Of a stretch of DNA of 64,000 bases, positions 1 to 11,850 are shown piece after piece (position 1 is the first letter of the stretch; each line of letters starts with the position of its first letter). Source of the stretch: Podarcis tiliguerta (lineage: Eukaryota); the NCBI GenBank assembly GCA_965153285.1, contig OZ229118.1. One strand, written 5' to 3'. The notes below the pieces were generated by a model. That model saw only the letters and a program-made list of their open reading frames with translations, searched no databases and was not told the origin of the DNA. The position numbers were made by a program, and so were the translations under genes.

Positions 1-229
1 TGTTTTCCTCATCATGGGCAAGTTAAATTGCACTTAGCTCCTTGACCAGACCAACATATTACTGCGTTAAAGATCATGGTTACTAAATCAGTCCCCATTG
101 TGTTATGACAGTCATTTGAAGCACTTTATGCTTAGAGTAGCTCTATCGGGAAAGACAAATGAAGGTATTTAAATTATGCACTTTTCATTCTTGACCAGAA
201 CTCTAATTCTTGTATTGCATGAGTTTCCA

Positions 230-370
230 AAGCACCTTGTAAAAAGGGCCTATATCACCCTATATGCTGATGACCTGACAAACATCAAGAAAGCAACAGA
301 GGTTTGTGAAGATAATCTAGACACAAGGTTATCAAATGGTTTGCAAGTAGGAATTTTCAAGTATGAATGC
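230..370 (+). pseudogene. Possible highly decayed non-LTR RT remnant (L1-like YADD region)
   Basis: ORF 176..400 contains ITLYADDL followed ~18 aa later by SNGLQVGIFKYE. This loosely resembles the L1 RT YADD motif and the downstream SGLKVNxxKSE. The match is short and the surrounding RT motifs are absent. Confidence 0.3.
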
Positions 371-1534
371 AATGTTTTGCAATGTCTTGCAACTGATTAG
401 AGAAAACATGGACACTGACACATGACACACTGACTCTGAATGGCCTCCCAACCAACCAGTAGACCTTCATCTTAAACAAGACAACACTCTGCAAACTGAT
501 GTCTCTGCTTTGGAATAAGGCACATTTGGAATAAGACATTCCATCCACCTCCTGCAACTGTTGTGAGGTCAGTTGTAGATCTTGTCTTAGATGAGGAGAG
601 TGACCTCTTAGACTTATGCCTAATCCATTCATTCGTTTTCCTATGTAGATAAAATTTTAATGTGGCATTAAACAATGTGTAATGCAGCTTTGTAGAGCTA
701 CTCTCACCATGGTTTTGCCCAATGATGCTGAGTTCCACAGTGCTACTACCTTCTGAGGGCACATTTGGTGATATGATGGGGGAAGAGTAAAACCTGAGAG
801 ATAGATTTGGGCATCAGTGAGTTGCTGCAACATGAAGTGAAAACTAAACCATGAATGGAAGCTTCAGTTTCCTGTCCTTCATGTGTTACATCTGAATGGA
901 GCCACTGAATGCCTACATACTCTTATAGAGTACCAATAGACATTAATCCAACAATAGGAACCATCTTGCATATCATATCATTTCATTTATGAACTGCTTC
1001 TTTTGAAACATCTCAAAGCACTTTTGCATTACAATTAAAACCATTTACAAAACAATTGCACGTATAAAAACAATTACATATATTAAAACAATCTTAAATA
1101 TGTTCAGATCTATTTGCAACATTCAAACTATAAATATTTAAACTATCAGTTTAATATTGTATGTTTAAACCTGGATTGCAAATATTATTGTAAATATTTA
1201 AAGTATATCGGTCAGCATTTTAAAGTTAGTAATTATTTCTATTACATTCAAGGATTTTTATAAGGCTAAATGTCATAGAGAGGTCTACTGGCTTCAGTAC
1301 AAATACTCATCTGTAAGCAGTTGTATAATTACAGCACTGATCTAGAAAATTACAAGAAATATGATATTAGTCACCACTTTTAAAAATATGCCTAAATGTG
1401 CTAGCCTCATGTTTTTATATGATATTTTTGGATTGTATGGTGCACAGTTGCTTCTGGTCTTGATAAGTGGCACCATCCCCTTGCTTCTCAATATGTGACA
1501 GGCCAAAGACACCCCAAATTTTTATCCTTTAGAT

Positions 1535-2107
1535 CAGGGGTTGGCAAACTAAGGCCTGTGTGCCGGATCTGGTACAATTGCACTCTGGATCTGGCCCAAG
1601 AAGAGTTCTGCAATCACTGCTAGAATCGGCACCATTTATTTTTTTTGCAATTTCCTCCCTCCCTCACTCCCTCACCATGTCGTCGTCTCCTCCCTCCTCC
1701 CTCCCTCTTCCTGGCTTCTCCCTGCCCTGCAGAGGAAGGGGGCAAGGCTTTGATAGGAAGCCTCGCCGCCTGTCCGCCAGCCTCTCCCCATGGCCGTGTT
1801 GTGGGCTGGAGCTTGGCACGCCTGCTGTGCCAGCCTCTTCCCATGGCCGCTCTGTGGGATAGAGCTTGGCGTGCCTGCTGGCCCCATGCCTGGTGCCTGG
1901 GAAAGCTGGCCCAAAAGGCAGAGGTGCCGCCACCACCGCTGGCTTCCAACTGCAGGCAGAAAGGCGGAGGAGGAAGGCAGGGAGAGGGGCTGGGGGAGAG
2001 AGGGGGGAGAAAAGCCCCCTCCACTCCGCACGCGCAGTCCAGCCTGCCACTAGGTCTGGGGGACGGTGAACCGGCCTCCTCCAAAAAAAAAAGTTTGCTG
2101 ACCCCTG
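1535..2107. mobile_element. Non-autonomous hAT DNA transposon (MITE)
   Basis: TIRs CAGGGGTTGGCAAACT / AGTTTGCTGACCCCTG. Perfect 8-bp TSD CTTTAGAT at 1527-1534 and 2108-2115. The GC-rich interior explains the cluster of spurious ORFs. Confidence 0.9.
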
Positions 2108-5082
2108 CTTTAGATGCAGCTCAATCCTTTTTAGAACCAGTTAGACACCACTCATCTTGACAGTGGAACCTACTAACACTGCTTGTAAACCCTCATCCAA
2201 TCCATTACTACTGACAAGTACCAATGCTGTACTCCCACCATTTCATCTGGATTCAATGCAAATGAGAAGTAGGGCAGAGCAGGATGAACACACAGTGCCT
2301 TGGAACACAGTGCCTGGCATAAATGGGGAGTTGCCTGTAACACACACACACACACTGCAATGTGTCATAGGAGGCGGCAGGTGAAGGACAGTTGTGCATG
2401 GCCTGGTTGAAACAGCCTCATGAGCCAAATTGGGAGGCCTTATTAGACCCACAGAACAGAGGTTCCCCACCATTGCAGTGGGGCTGTAATAGCATTTGCT
2501 GTGTAAGAAAGCTAGCATACACTTCACACTGGAAGGAAAGGATAATAATATTGTTCTGTGGTTGAAAACCACATGCAGCAAAGTTGATAAAACTTCTAAG
2601 GATTGTCCAGAGATGAAAAATGGCACACGTGCTTTGCCGGAGCTCCCACAACATTTTGCCATTACTCTTAGGCCTGATTACAGCTATCACGTGGGAGCCT
2701 GCAGAAATGATTTCATATAGTGGCAGCTCTGCATTGCATCCAGAGCACGCAGGAGCCATTCCCACATACTGATCCAGCACTTTGCACTGAGAGTCTCCAC
2801 ACCCATGTCCTTTACTTACTTACTACATGTATATCCTACCTTTTCTCCAAGGTTCTCAAGGGGGTGCATAAAGTTCTCTTTCTCCTGATATTATCCCCAC
2901 ACCATTCAGTAAGCTTCATGGCTGAGTGACTAGGACCACAGTCTCCCAACACTCTAGCCACTACACCACACATTCATGCAGTGGCCACAGCACATGTCAG
3001 ACCTTAAATGTAGTGGCACATTTTGCTAGAACTGCATATGGTTTAATCAATGCTCTGTACCAGCCTGCTCTTACCCACTTTCAACACTGAATGTGTCTCA
3101 TCCATAAACTTTATGTATACCAGAGTTTGGGTGCAGAACTCCCATTTTCTAATTTCTCTCCTGACAGCAGTTTATTTCCTTTTCATATATATGTGCATAA
3201 AAGAAAATGGCTTACAGGCTTTTAATCTTTTCCCAAGGGACACAGATATACAACGAGATCTTTTCTAAATGAGATGATAAACAGCAAACCTTCCTTCTTT
3301 AAATTGTTACACGATGAAGTCTAATTGCTTAAAATTATTTCGGAATGAGAAGGAAAAGTGAGTCAGTCTCCTGAACTATGGAGAACAGATTTATGAAAAT
3401 ATTCATCACAAAAAGTACATAAGCTATGTTCTTTCCCTCTGATAATTAGGTGTCTGCACAGTTTCTGATGGCAGATCTCTTCCTCACAGGGGAGCACAAT
3501 AGATAAATGTGACACATAACCACCTTCTGAGGGACTCCTAAACCAGCTCTCAATCAAGAGATATTGGGGGCGGGGGGGAATGTAAGAGAAAGCAGTGATT
3601 TCTCACACTGTGAATGGGCCATGAGGAGTCTTAGGACTGCATGTTCCAACCTCCTTTTTTTGCATTTGCAAGGAGGAGTTCAGAAGCTTTTGCTCCCCAT
3701 TTTAAGCTAACCACAACTCCCCATGACATCCAAACTTGGCTAATTTGGTTTGTTTAAACTATGGTTTGTGAGAACAAGACAGGATCAAGTCTTGGTTTTT
3801 TATTCTACATTGTTAGGCAGAGTGAGGCATATGCTTGGGAAACTCATTTTGTGTGTCATGAAAGACCAGAAAATTGTTAGTTATTTGAATCATTACTATT
3901 GTCTTTTTTACTCACAGTGAGTGGCTCTTGTTGAATTTGATGTCCAAGGTGCCAAAATAACTTAGCCAACATGTACCTTGACCTTGACATTTGCTGTTTC
4001 TTGGGCTGGCCTTGATTGCTCTAAAGCTACAGTTTAACCAGACCACTGTTATGTGGGTTTGGATATCACAAGGAACTGAGGTTAATTTTAAAATTAGAAT
4101 CAGAAGCTTCCAATGTCATCTTCTTGTGCCAAAAGCATGAGTAGGAGACTGTATGAGCTATAGACGTTCCATAATTTGTTTACACAGTGAGAAAGCATGC
4201 TTTCCCATTATGTCTAAATCAGCCAAAATTTAGCCATCTAAATGATAACATAGTAAGTATAATTTGCTATCAATACCATCCACATGCTTTGTTTCAGGGC
4301 AAATTTATCTTGTGAGTTAAGTGGAGGTGACAAGACTAGCGGTCTATGAATTGTTGCTGCATGATTGATTTCAACCAGATCCATGCTAATGAGGATGTGC
4401 CAGCTTACAACAAAAAACATTTTTCTGAATAATTGAAAACGCCAGAGCCTGATGTGGCAGATAATGCGACTCATTGTTTAATTACCAAAACAAGCAGCTA
4501 CTACACTTTCAAGCATCCAAAGCAAATGTTAGAGCAATTAAAAAAAAACTGCCTGTTGTCAAAATTAATTTCATAAATAATGCAGAACGAGGAAATCTAT
4601 TAAGGATTGTATTAACAGAGAGCCAATGCTTCTCTCCTTCACTATAGGAAACCAGTTCAGTAAAGGCTGAGTAGTCTCTGAAATGTGTGACTCTTCTAAA
4701 ATTAACATAATGTAAGTAAAATGCAATTAAAACACAGCAGTTGCTGTTTCAAAGACAAGCACATTGTAATATTCAGGATATGTGAAGATCACGAATGTCA
4801 GTTTGTTATTTAAATCTCTCTCTTATTTTTTATTGACTGTGATCTGTGTACTGGCCTCCTGTGAGCCTACATGAATAAATTATGTTGATTGATCAAAATC
4901 AGATGCTGCAATCCATCTGAAATTCTAAAATCCACTTCGAAAAGCATGAGCTACAAACTGGCAAAAACTGCCCTAAGATAAAGCTTCCGTTTGATATTTG
5001 AATATGCTTTAACTGGGCCAGCAGAGCAATGGGCTTACCTGGATCTCAGATCCTGCTGATTAGAGCGAGCCAAACTGAGAGA

Positions 5083-5867
5083 TGTGTTTGCATGGTGAGG
5101 CCCCGGGCCCCGCAGTTCCCACAGAAATAAACACACAGACACGAATATGTTGGGTTAATGGGATAAGTAAGGCCACAACTTTATTGGTTACAGATGTGAG
5201 CGGTTTGGCTTAGGCAATTGGGTGAAGCAAGACTATATACTGACTCCTGCCCATCAACAGGAAGTCTCAAGGGTCAACCACCAATATGGGATGCCCTATG
5301 ATATACATCCATTAAGAGGACCCCCAGGGTCACCGATGGGGTCATGGCATGGCCCTAGCCCACACCCAGGCTTCAGACAGGAACCACAGCCCCGGATCCT
5401 TTAGCGAGATACCCTTAATGTGGAGGGGCAGGCCGGAGGCAAAAAAAGCCCCTCCGATGACAAGGCTTACCCAATGCCTAACCTTACAACGTTGTGACAA
5501 TTTCTACTAGGTAGGCAAAAACCAAATGGCCGGTGCCAATTTGCTAAGTAGAGAAATTCCTACCCAGCCCCAACAACCAGGCGACCGACATTACTCAGAG
5601 CAAGGCCATATTCAAGCAATGCAAGAAAAGAGGGTGGGTGGGCTGGGAGATCCGATGGAGGAGACAAATGGAGGCCACCCACCCAGCAGCACCACGGTTT
5701 AAACGGCCAGTGGCCATGCCCCTTGGCCAATCCGATTGGTCGGCCGAGAGGCGTAATGCAGCTGGGTGCCCTAGTGACATGGGCAGCATCCCTCCGCTCA
5801 CTGCTGGGTCACCGCAATGTCCTAAAGCTCCTCCAGCAATGCAGTCCCCCAGAAAAGGGGAACTGTG
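5083..5867 (-). mobile_element. LTR-like solo terminal repeat, probably of a tyrosine-recombinase (DIRS/Ngaro-like) retroelement
   Basis: Minus strand has CCAAT motifs (~5725-5740), AATAAAGTTGTGGCC (5171-5185 rc) and a GT-rich downstream tract. There are no TG..CA ends and only TGTG is shared at the junctions. Terminal hairpin at 5840-5867. Same architecture as 16458-17289. Confidence 0.55.
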
Positions 5868-6007
5868 ATAGTGAGTGCGGGAAGCAAGGCACAGGAAGCA
5901 TGCAGGAAAGCTATTCTTCATTTTTGCTTTGTTTTCCATGTGGCTCAGCTCTTCTTTTTGCTGTTGATTTGTGTGCTATCAAATTCGGGAGAAATATAAG
6001 TACCGTA

Positions 6008-6258
6008 CAGTCATACCTCGGGTTACAGCTGCTTCAGGTTGCGTTTTTTCGGGTTGCGGACTGCCGAAACCCGGAAGTACTGGAAAGGGTTACTTCCAGG
6101 TTTCGGCGGTTGTGCATGCACAAAGTGCTAAATTGCGCTTTGCGCATGCGCAGAAGCGCTGAATCGCAACCCGCACATGTGCAGATGCGGGTTGCGAACG
6201 CTGCGGGTTGCGAACGTGCATCCCACATGGATCACATTCGCAACCCAAGTGTCCACTG
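6008..6258. mobile_element. Tc1/mariner (Tigger/pogo-like) MITE, family A
   Basis: TA|CAGT...ACTG|TA termini, internal GGTTGCG/CGCAACC repeats and a GCGCATGCGC core. A related copy lies in the opposite orientation at 58901-59149. Confidence 0.85.
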
Positions 6259-6921
6259 TACTAACAAACTTGCACTGTGTGTTCTTGCCTTGTCTTATCA
6301 GATCATTTACACAAGAACACGAATATAAATTATCACCTTGGAAACAAAGTTTGAAGCATTTATATATGCTGAATTTGCTCGGTTTATATAGGCTTCAAAC
6401 TTCCTACTTCATATTATTCCGACTTCTTATTATTTCATAATTTTTACTATTTTGCAGTGTTTATTCTGCTAGTCATGGGGCAGGATAAGAAGATACAAAG
6501 GAGTACTAGACTTCTGTTGTCTGATCATTGGAAAACTCATTTAGTCACCCATCTTTTACTTTAGTGGTATTGTTCACAAACTCCACAAGATTTCAAAATT
6601 GTACAAAAAGAAAGCTAATTTAAGACTGGGAAAATGAGAAACCAAATTAACCAATGCATCCATCCCTAGCTGGAAGCAGTCTCTGGCTCCCCACCAGTTC
6701 TTCTTGCTTCCTTACTCCAAGTAATTCTGTCCAGCAGTTTCAGTTACCTGGCTTGAAGGAGAGCAAAGTGGGATGCCCAACATGCAGAGCATAAGCTACA
6801 GCATGATGGATAACCACCTTCTGGTTTTAATTTTAAACAACTGCTGATGGGTTTATGTTTGGTCTATTTGAATTTAGTCATTGGAAAGCTGCAAATGCAA
6901 ATATATATATTTTTACCAGTA

Positions 6922-7163
6922 CAGTGGTACCTCAGGTTACATACGCATCAGGTTACATACGCTTCAGGGTACAGACTCCGCTAACCTAGAAATAGTGCTT
7001 CAGGTTAAGAACTTTGCTTCAGGATAAGAACAGAAATCGTGCTCCGGTGGTGTGGCAGCAGTAGGAGGCCCCATTAGCTAAAGTGTTGCTTCAGGTTAAG
7101 AACAGTTTCAGGATAAGTAGAGACCTCCGGAATGAATTAAGTATTTAACCTGAGGTACCACTG
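6922..7163. mobile_element. Tc1/mariner (Tigger-like) MITE, family B
   Basis: TIR CAGTGGTACCTCAGGTTA / TAACCTGAGGTACCACTG with TA TSD. Sibling copies at 43973 and 48995. Confidence 0.92.
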
Positions 7164-7251
7164 TACTGGTAACAGACACTCTCGAGGCACACTAACAACA
7201 ACAACAACAAGTTATCTAGGGCAACTGGCTGGAAATCGGGTTTGCGAAGAG

Positions 7252-7376
7252 GCAAGCTAGCAAAACAAACAAACAAACCCTCTTCCGTTCTCTAGCATCC
7301 GACAAACTGCTCATAAATGCTTTGGGGTAAAGGTAATTTTCCAGCCCTTGTCCATGTAATCATCATCCACAATAAA
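7252..7376 (+). repeat. Local direct duplication, copy 1 (partner 8490-8629)
   Basis: GCAAGCTAGCAAAACAAAC...CATCATCCACAATAAA recurs nearly identically ~1.24 kb downstream. Confidence 0.92.
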
Positions 7377-7476
7377 TCATTTTCACAGCTCTTGCCAGAA
7401 TCATATTACTAGCCAAGTGCAACATAAGAAGCTGAGCAATGATGCTGCTGCCCCAGGAATGCTTTAATACATCTGA

Positions 7477-7654
7477 TAGGAACATAGGAAGCTGCCTCAT
7501 ACCAAGCCAGAACCATCAGTTCACCTCACTCAGTATTGTCTCTGCTGACTGGCAGTGGCTCTCCGGGGTTTCAGACAGGGAACATTCCTGCCCTTCATGG
7601 AGATACCAACAATCTTCTGCATGCAAGACAGATGCTATATCACTGAGCTATGGC
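7477..7654 (-). mobile_element. tRNA-derived SINE, Squam3-type, internally deleted
   Basis: Minus strand starts GCCATAGCTCAGTG..AGCATCTG..TGCATGCAGAAG (tRNA-Ala-like head) and ends GGCAGCTTCCTATGTTCCTA. Confidence 0.75.
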
Positions 7655-7708
7655 TTTTCCTCCAGAGGAGATAGACCCAAGACAATAGTGTTTTTAGAGA
7701 CTGTGCAT

Positions 7709-8051
7709 CAGGGCTGGCCCTCCCATGAGGCAAGGTGAGGTGACTGCCTCAGGCAACAGGGTCCACAGAACCAGCAGATCTGGCCTCCAAGGAGTGCATC
7801 ACCCACTGCCATGGTGGCAGCAACAGCTGTAGCATTCTCCATGAAGACTGGATCTGCCACCTCTGAGCAGCCGCCTCCTCCTCCCAATGCCATCTCTACA
7901 TCAGCCTCTTAGCAAATAGGAGGCATTGCTGGTCTCTTCCCACTCGTTCCCAATGTAGATCTTTACTCACCCCTCCTTCCCTGGCCAGGAGTGGGGCAGG
8001 GAAATATTCTGTGGTTCGCCTCAGGTGCCAAAATGTATTGGGCCAGCCCTG
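7709..8051. mobile_element. hAT MITE
   Basis: TIR CAGGGCTGGCCC / GGGCCAGCCCTG. 8-bp TSD CTGTGCAT / ATGTGCAT (7/8). Confidence 0.85.
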
Positions 8052-8489
8052 ATGTGCATTGTTTGATTATTATTTTTTATTACTACCATTTTCAGTCACC
8101 AGGTTAGCAACACCTAGGAAACTCAGTCACAGATTATATATTCTCCATTCCAGCCATCTATCAATATATTTACACAGTGAAAGTTACATTCCAAGTATGA
8201 CTTTGAAATTTCTAAAGATGCGGGAGTGTGAAGGGATGGAAGCACACTTTCTTCTTCCACACGTCTGGCATAATGACCAAAAGAAATTTGCAGGATTTAA
8301 GTGTATAAGCTACAGCTTTATATGCTGCTCATGAATTTTGGAATGCATGTTCTCCCTCATAACAGCTGAAAGATGGTGGTTCCTGCATGAGAGGCAGAGT
8401 AGAAAGAGTTCCCCAAAGTGGGAGGCTGGGGAAAGAAACAGGCTCCCAGGTGGGAGCTAGGAGGGTCTACCTTTCTGGTAGGTAGGCTA

Positions 8490-8629
8490 GCAAGCTAGCA
8501 AAACAAACAAACAAACCCTCTTCCGTTCTCTAGCATCCAACAAACTGCTCCTTTTAACTGTTCCCTTAAATGCTTTAGGGTAAAGGTAATTTTACAGCCC
8601 TTGTCCATGTAATCATCATCCACAATAAA
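8490..8629 (+). repeat. Local direct duplication, copy 2 (partner 7252-7376)
   Basis: Same sequence as copy 1 plus an extra ~16 bp (CTTTTAACTGTTCCCT). Confidence 0.92.
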
Positions 8630-9449
8630 GGCTATGATATAAATGAGATGAAGGGCCTTTATATATTTTTCTTTCTTTCTTCTTTTCTATCTCTCTATTT
8701 CTTGATTTTTCTTTCTTATTTTGGTTTTTCATTGTTCTATGTCTTTAGACTAGTTTTACTTTTATTGTATTACTTTCAATAAAAATTAACTAGAAAAAAT
8801 TAATTATTCAAAAGTGTGGCATGTTAGCAGAATCCACTTTACCATGTCTTAATTAAACATTAAGGGTATGGGAAGTGGCAACAAACACAAGGATAAGTTC
8901 CACATCAGTATAAAAGAAGCAGTGGTCACAGCACAGGTAACAAGAGGAGACATATGAACTTCCATGAAGAGGAATAGATTATGTCTCTATATTTCCCCAC
9001 AGATATCATATATCACGATTGTGCACCCACATGTTCAAAGTGCTTGCCCTTCTACCTTATTTACTTTGTAAATGAATATACAGACAGAATTTAAAGAAGA
9101 AATTGAAGAGCTGTATGTAGGTGCACACTCTGAACAATCTAATGTTGCTTACTCCAAGCCTGACATGCATCTATAAATTCCCGTAACTCAGACATAGCAA
9201 GCTTAGCTATTTTATTAGATGCTTTAACAGACAGGGCCAGGCAACTGTTGTGGATTTTCTCACTGCTCTAGTCATTTCACATAACTAGTACAGGTTGTGT
9301 AAGAGAAGCTCTAATACTACACAATGTTTTTCTGTGTGGTATACTGTAACACAGTACATTATTATAGCAAGAGTATGCTGTTACTCCTGAAAAGGGTAAA
9401 ACAGGCTTGTTGTTTCTAGTTCCATTATATTTATTACATTTTAACAGCT

Positions 9450-9960
9450 AATGCCAGATTTGGAACCCTCCCAAACCATCCTGAGAATCCAAATCAAGGA
9501 ACTGCCGGACCAGCTCTTGACAATCCACAGCTTTTACAACCTGCAGCATGACTAATGTGTCACTTCTTTTAGTCATTTATATGAGGAAGGTCAATGTTTG
9601 ACATCCTCAGAATGTCTTCTGCCACCCTGGTCTAGGAATGTAGAGTGTCATATCCTCAAATCCTTGTTAGCATGTGCCAGAGACTCCAAGTTTGCTCTAA
9701 ACTACAACATGACCACCAAAGGTGACACCATCTGTGTCCTGCTAGATTAATGTCCTGGGCAGCTGATCTTGGAATTTCTCCAAGCTGACAAGAGCAGCAC
9801 ATCCTCCACCACGTCATAGCTAGCCTTCCATGCAATCCAGCTTGACTGGCCCCAGTTGCACCTGACACAACAACTGTTGGACAGCTCCAACCAGCTCTGC
9901 CAATTTCAAAGCCCTGTACGGTTAAACTATGCACATTGGTCTCATCCTGGTTACACTATG
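9450..9960 (+). pseudogene. Ancient L2/CR1-group LINE ORF2 remnant
   Basis: Decayed motifs LLD*CPGQLI (cf. LDPCPxWL) near 9740 and QQLLDSSNQLCQFQS (cf. LxxxxxLDPFQSGFR) near 9870-9910. Confidence 0.4.
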
Positions 9961-10800
9961 GTTACCCGAGCTCTCTGATATGTTGTGATCTGAAACATTT
10001 GCTGCAATTTTTTTTTTTTACTTAGGAAACTTTATCCCATTATGAAAGCTGAATATATACCCATTAGATTACAATATACTTTAGATCACTTAATAATTTT
10101 GTGCACTGTATTTCCAAACATCTGTGATGGAGTGGATTACATTGCATTCTTCATAAATGAGACAGCCTTTCTAGCCATTTCTTAAAATAATGAACCCAAA
10201 ATAGGAAAAATACACATTTCTTTTTTAGCATTTACAACTTTGAAAGAAAAAAGGTATCCACACAAAGAAGGTTTATATGTATTTCTACTTAGAATTCTAT
10301 AAAGACCAGTGATTGCAATCCAGCACTCCTTTACAAATGTCAATTGTGCACTAGATTGTAGCTGAATGCTGCCTTGCTATAACAAAGGAGGCTGCTAAAG
10401 GTTGTACACAAAGTTCTTCAAAACCTTCTCAGTCCCTTGATACAGAACAGGAACTATTCCTGTGCTTCTTGAAAGTAATAGCATCAACACTACCAATTTC
10501 CACTTCAGTCAAAATAAATGCTATCATGGGGATCTTAAAGCATAGTCTGTACTCTTCTGTAAATGGAAACAAACACCATTTATTACAAACTGATATAGAT
10601 TCACTTAAGGGGTTCTATACTTGAATATAGTTCTATCCTCTTGAATATCTTCAAGTGAAGGCTGCATTCTGAGCCTCCTCACATATTAAAACCCAGAACA
10701 TGTTTTCACATTTCAGTACTGTTACATTTCAATATAACACCTCACATTATAGCTTAGTGCTTGAGGGAATAAGCCCACGCAAGGCTTGAGTGCATACGCG

Positions 10801-11073
10801 CAGTGGCGGAGGTGGGGGCAGTCCACTGAGGGGGTGACAAAATGTCAGGTGGCACTCACCATGGGGCCTGCAGTGCGCCCGAGCCACGTATCTCTCCTGG
10901 GAGTGACACAGTAGCTTGGGCGCCCACAGGCTCTGCGCTACCACAAACGGTCCACCCACCACCTCCCCTTCAGCTGTGGGGCGGCTGAGTGGGAGGAGGC
11001 AGGCAGACTCCCCGGAGGCCCCACAGAGCATCCTGCTCTAGCTCATCCCACCCCGTGGCTTCCTCTGCCACTG
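10801..11073. mobile_element. hAT MITE
   Basis: TIR CAGTGGCGGAGG / CCTCTGCCACTG. 8-bp flanks CATACGCG / TATATGCA differ only by transitions, consistent with a CpG-decayed TSD. Confidence 0.7.
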
Positions 11074-11341
11074 TATATGCATCCCCTGCTCCTTGTCTGG
11101 TATGGCTGCAAGGAGAGATTCAGAACATTTGCCCATTGTGAACTGCAGTTAGCTTTTGTATGATACATTCCAGCCAGACAATAACACTCAAGGAGGGTGC
11201 AAAGCAAGGGAGTGAGAGGTGTGGCTCAGGAGATTGTGTGGTCAGGGAGGGGAATCCTGAGGACTAGACAGAGCTGCCTGGAGAACACATCTGATGGATC
11301 ATTTCTATCCTGCTTAATATATTAAAAATATGCCTACGTAG

Positions 11342-11850
11342 TGTACAAGTAGCTGAAGCAACAACGGACAACAAAATATTACAGAAATATACAATTACAT
11401 ATAAAAATGTTACTTTAATACAAAATTGATAATATATACAAAAATCAGTATCAATTCATTTACCTTCTGACACACCCTGCCTCTCAGCCTCCAGGTTCTC
11501 ACCCAAGGTCCAAACAAACTCCCAGCTCACCCACAGAAGTCTCACAATGAGAAGAAACAGAGGCAGCACCCTAGTCTCTCACTCTAGCCTTGTGTTTTAT
11601 GGGCAGGCCCAAGGTTTCCCACTCAGCTGTGTCCCATTCAGCTGCTCTTGCCACACTTGGTTCCAGGTGCAGCAGGTTTGCTCCTCAGCCTGAGATTCCC
11701 CTTTCTTGCTGCACACACCTGAAACCTAGTTTCTGGTTTTCAGAAATCAAGTTCACCTGAAATGTTCTCCTGAACAAGTTCACCTGTTCCCTTAAATCCC
11801 TGCACAATCATTGAGGTCTTCAGGAAAGTCCTTGTTAGTGGATCCCCACA
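11342..11850 (-). mobile_element. Possible older solo LTR
   Basis: Minus strand starts TGTGGGG and ends TACA. It has several CAGGTG/CAGCTG boxes, a CATAAAA TATA-like motif (~11595) and ATTAAA (~11415). No convincing TSD. Confidence 0.35.

Noticed and set aside
1560-2160. Cluster of overlapping 100-170 aa ORFs in a GC-rich stretch
   Set aside because: They lie almost entirely inside a TSD-bounded hAT MITE, are low complexity and open in most frames, and show no domain.
5723-6328. 201-aa ORF
   Set aside because: It crosses two unrelated elements and unique flank, and has no recognisable motif.
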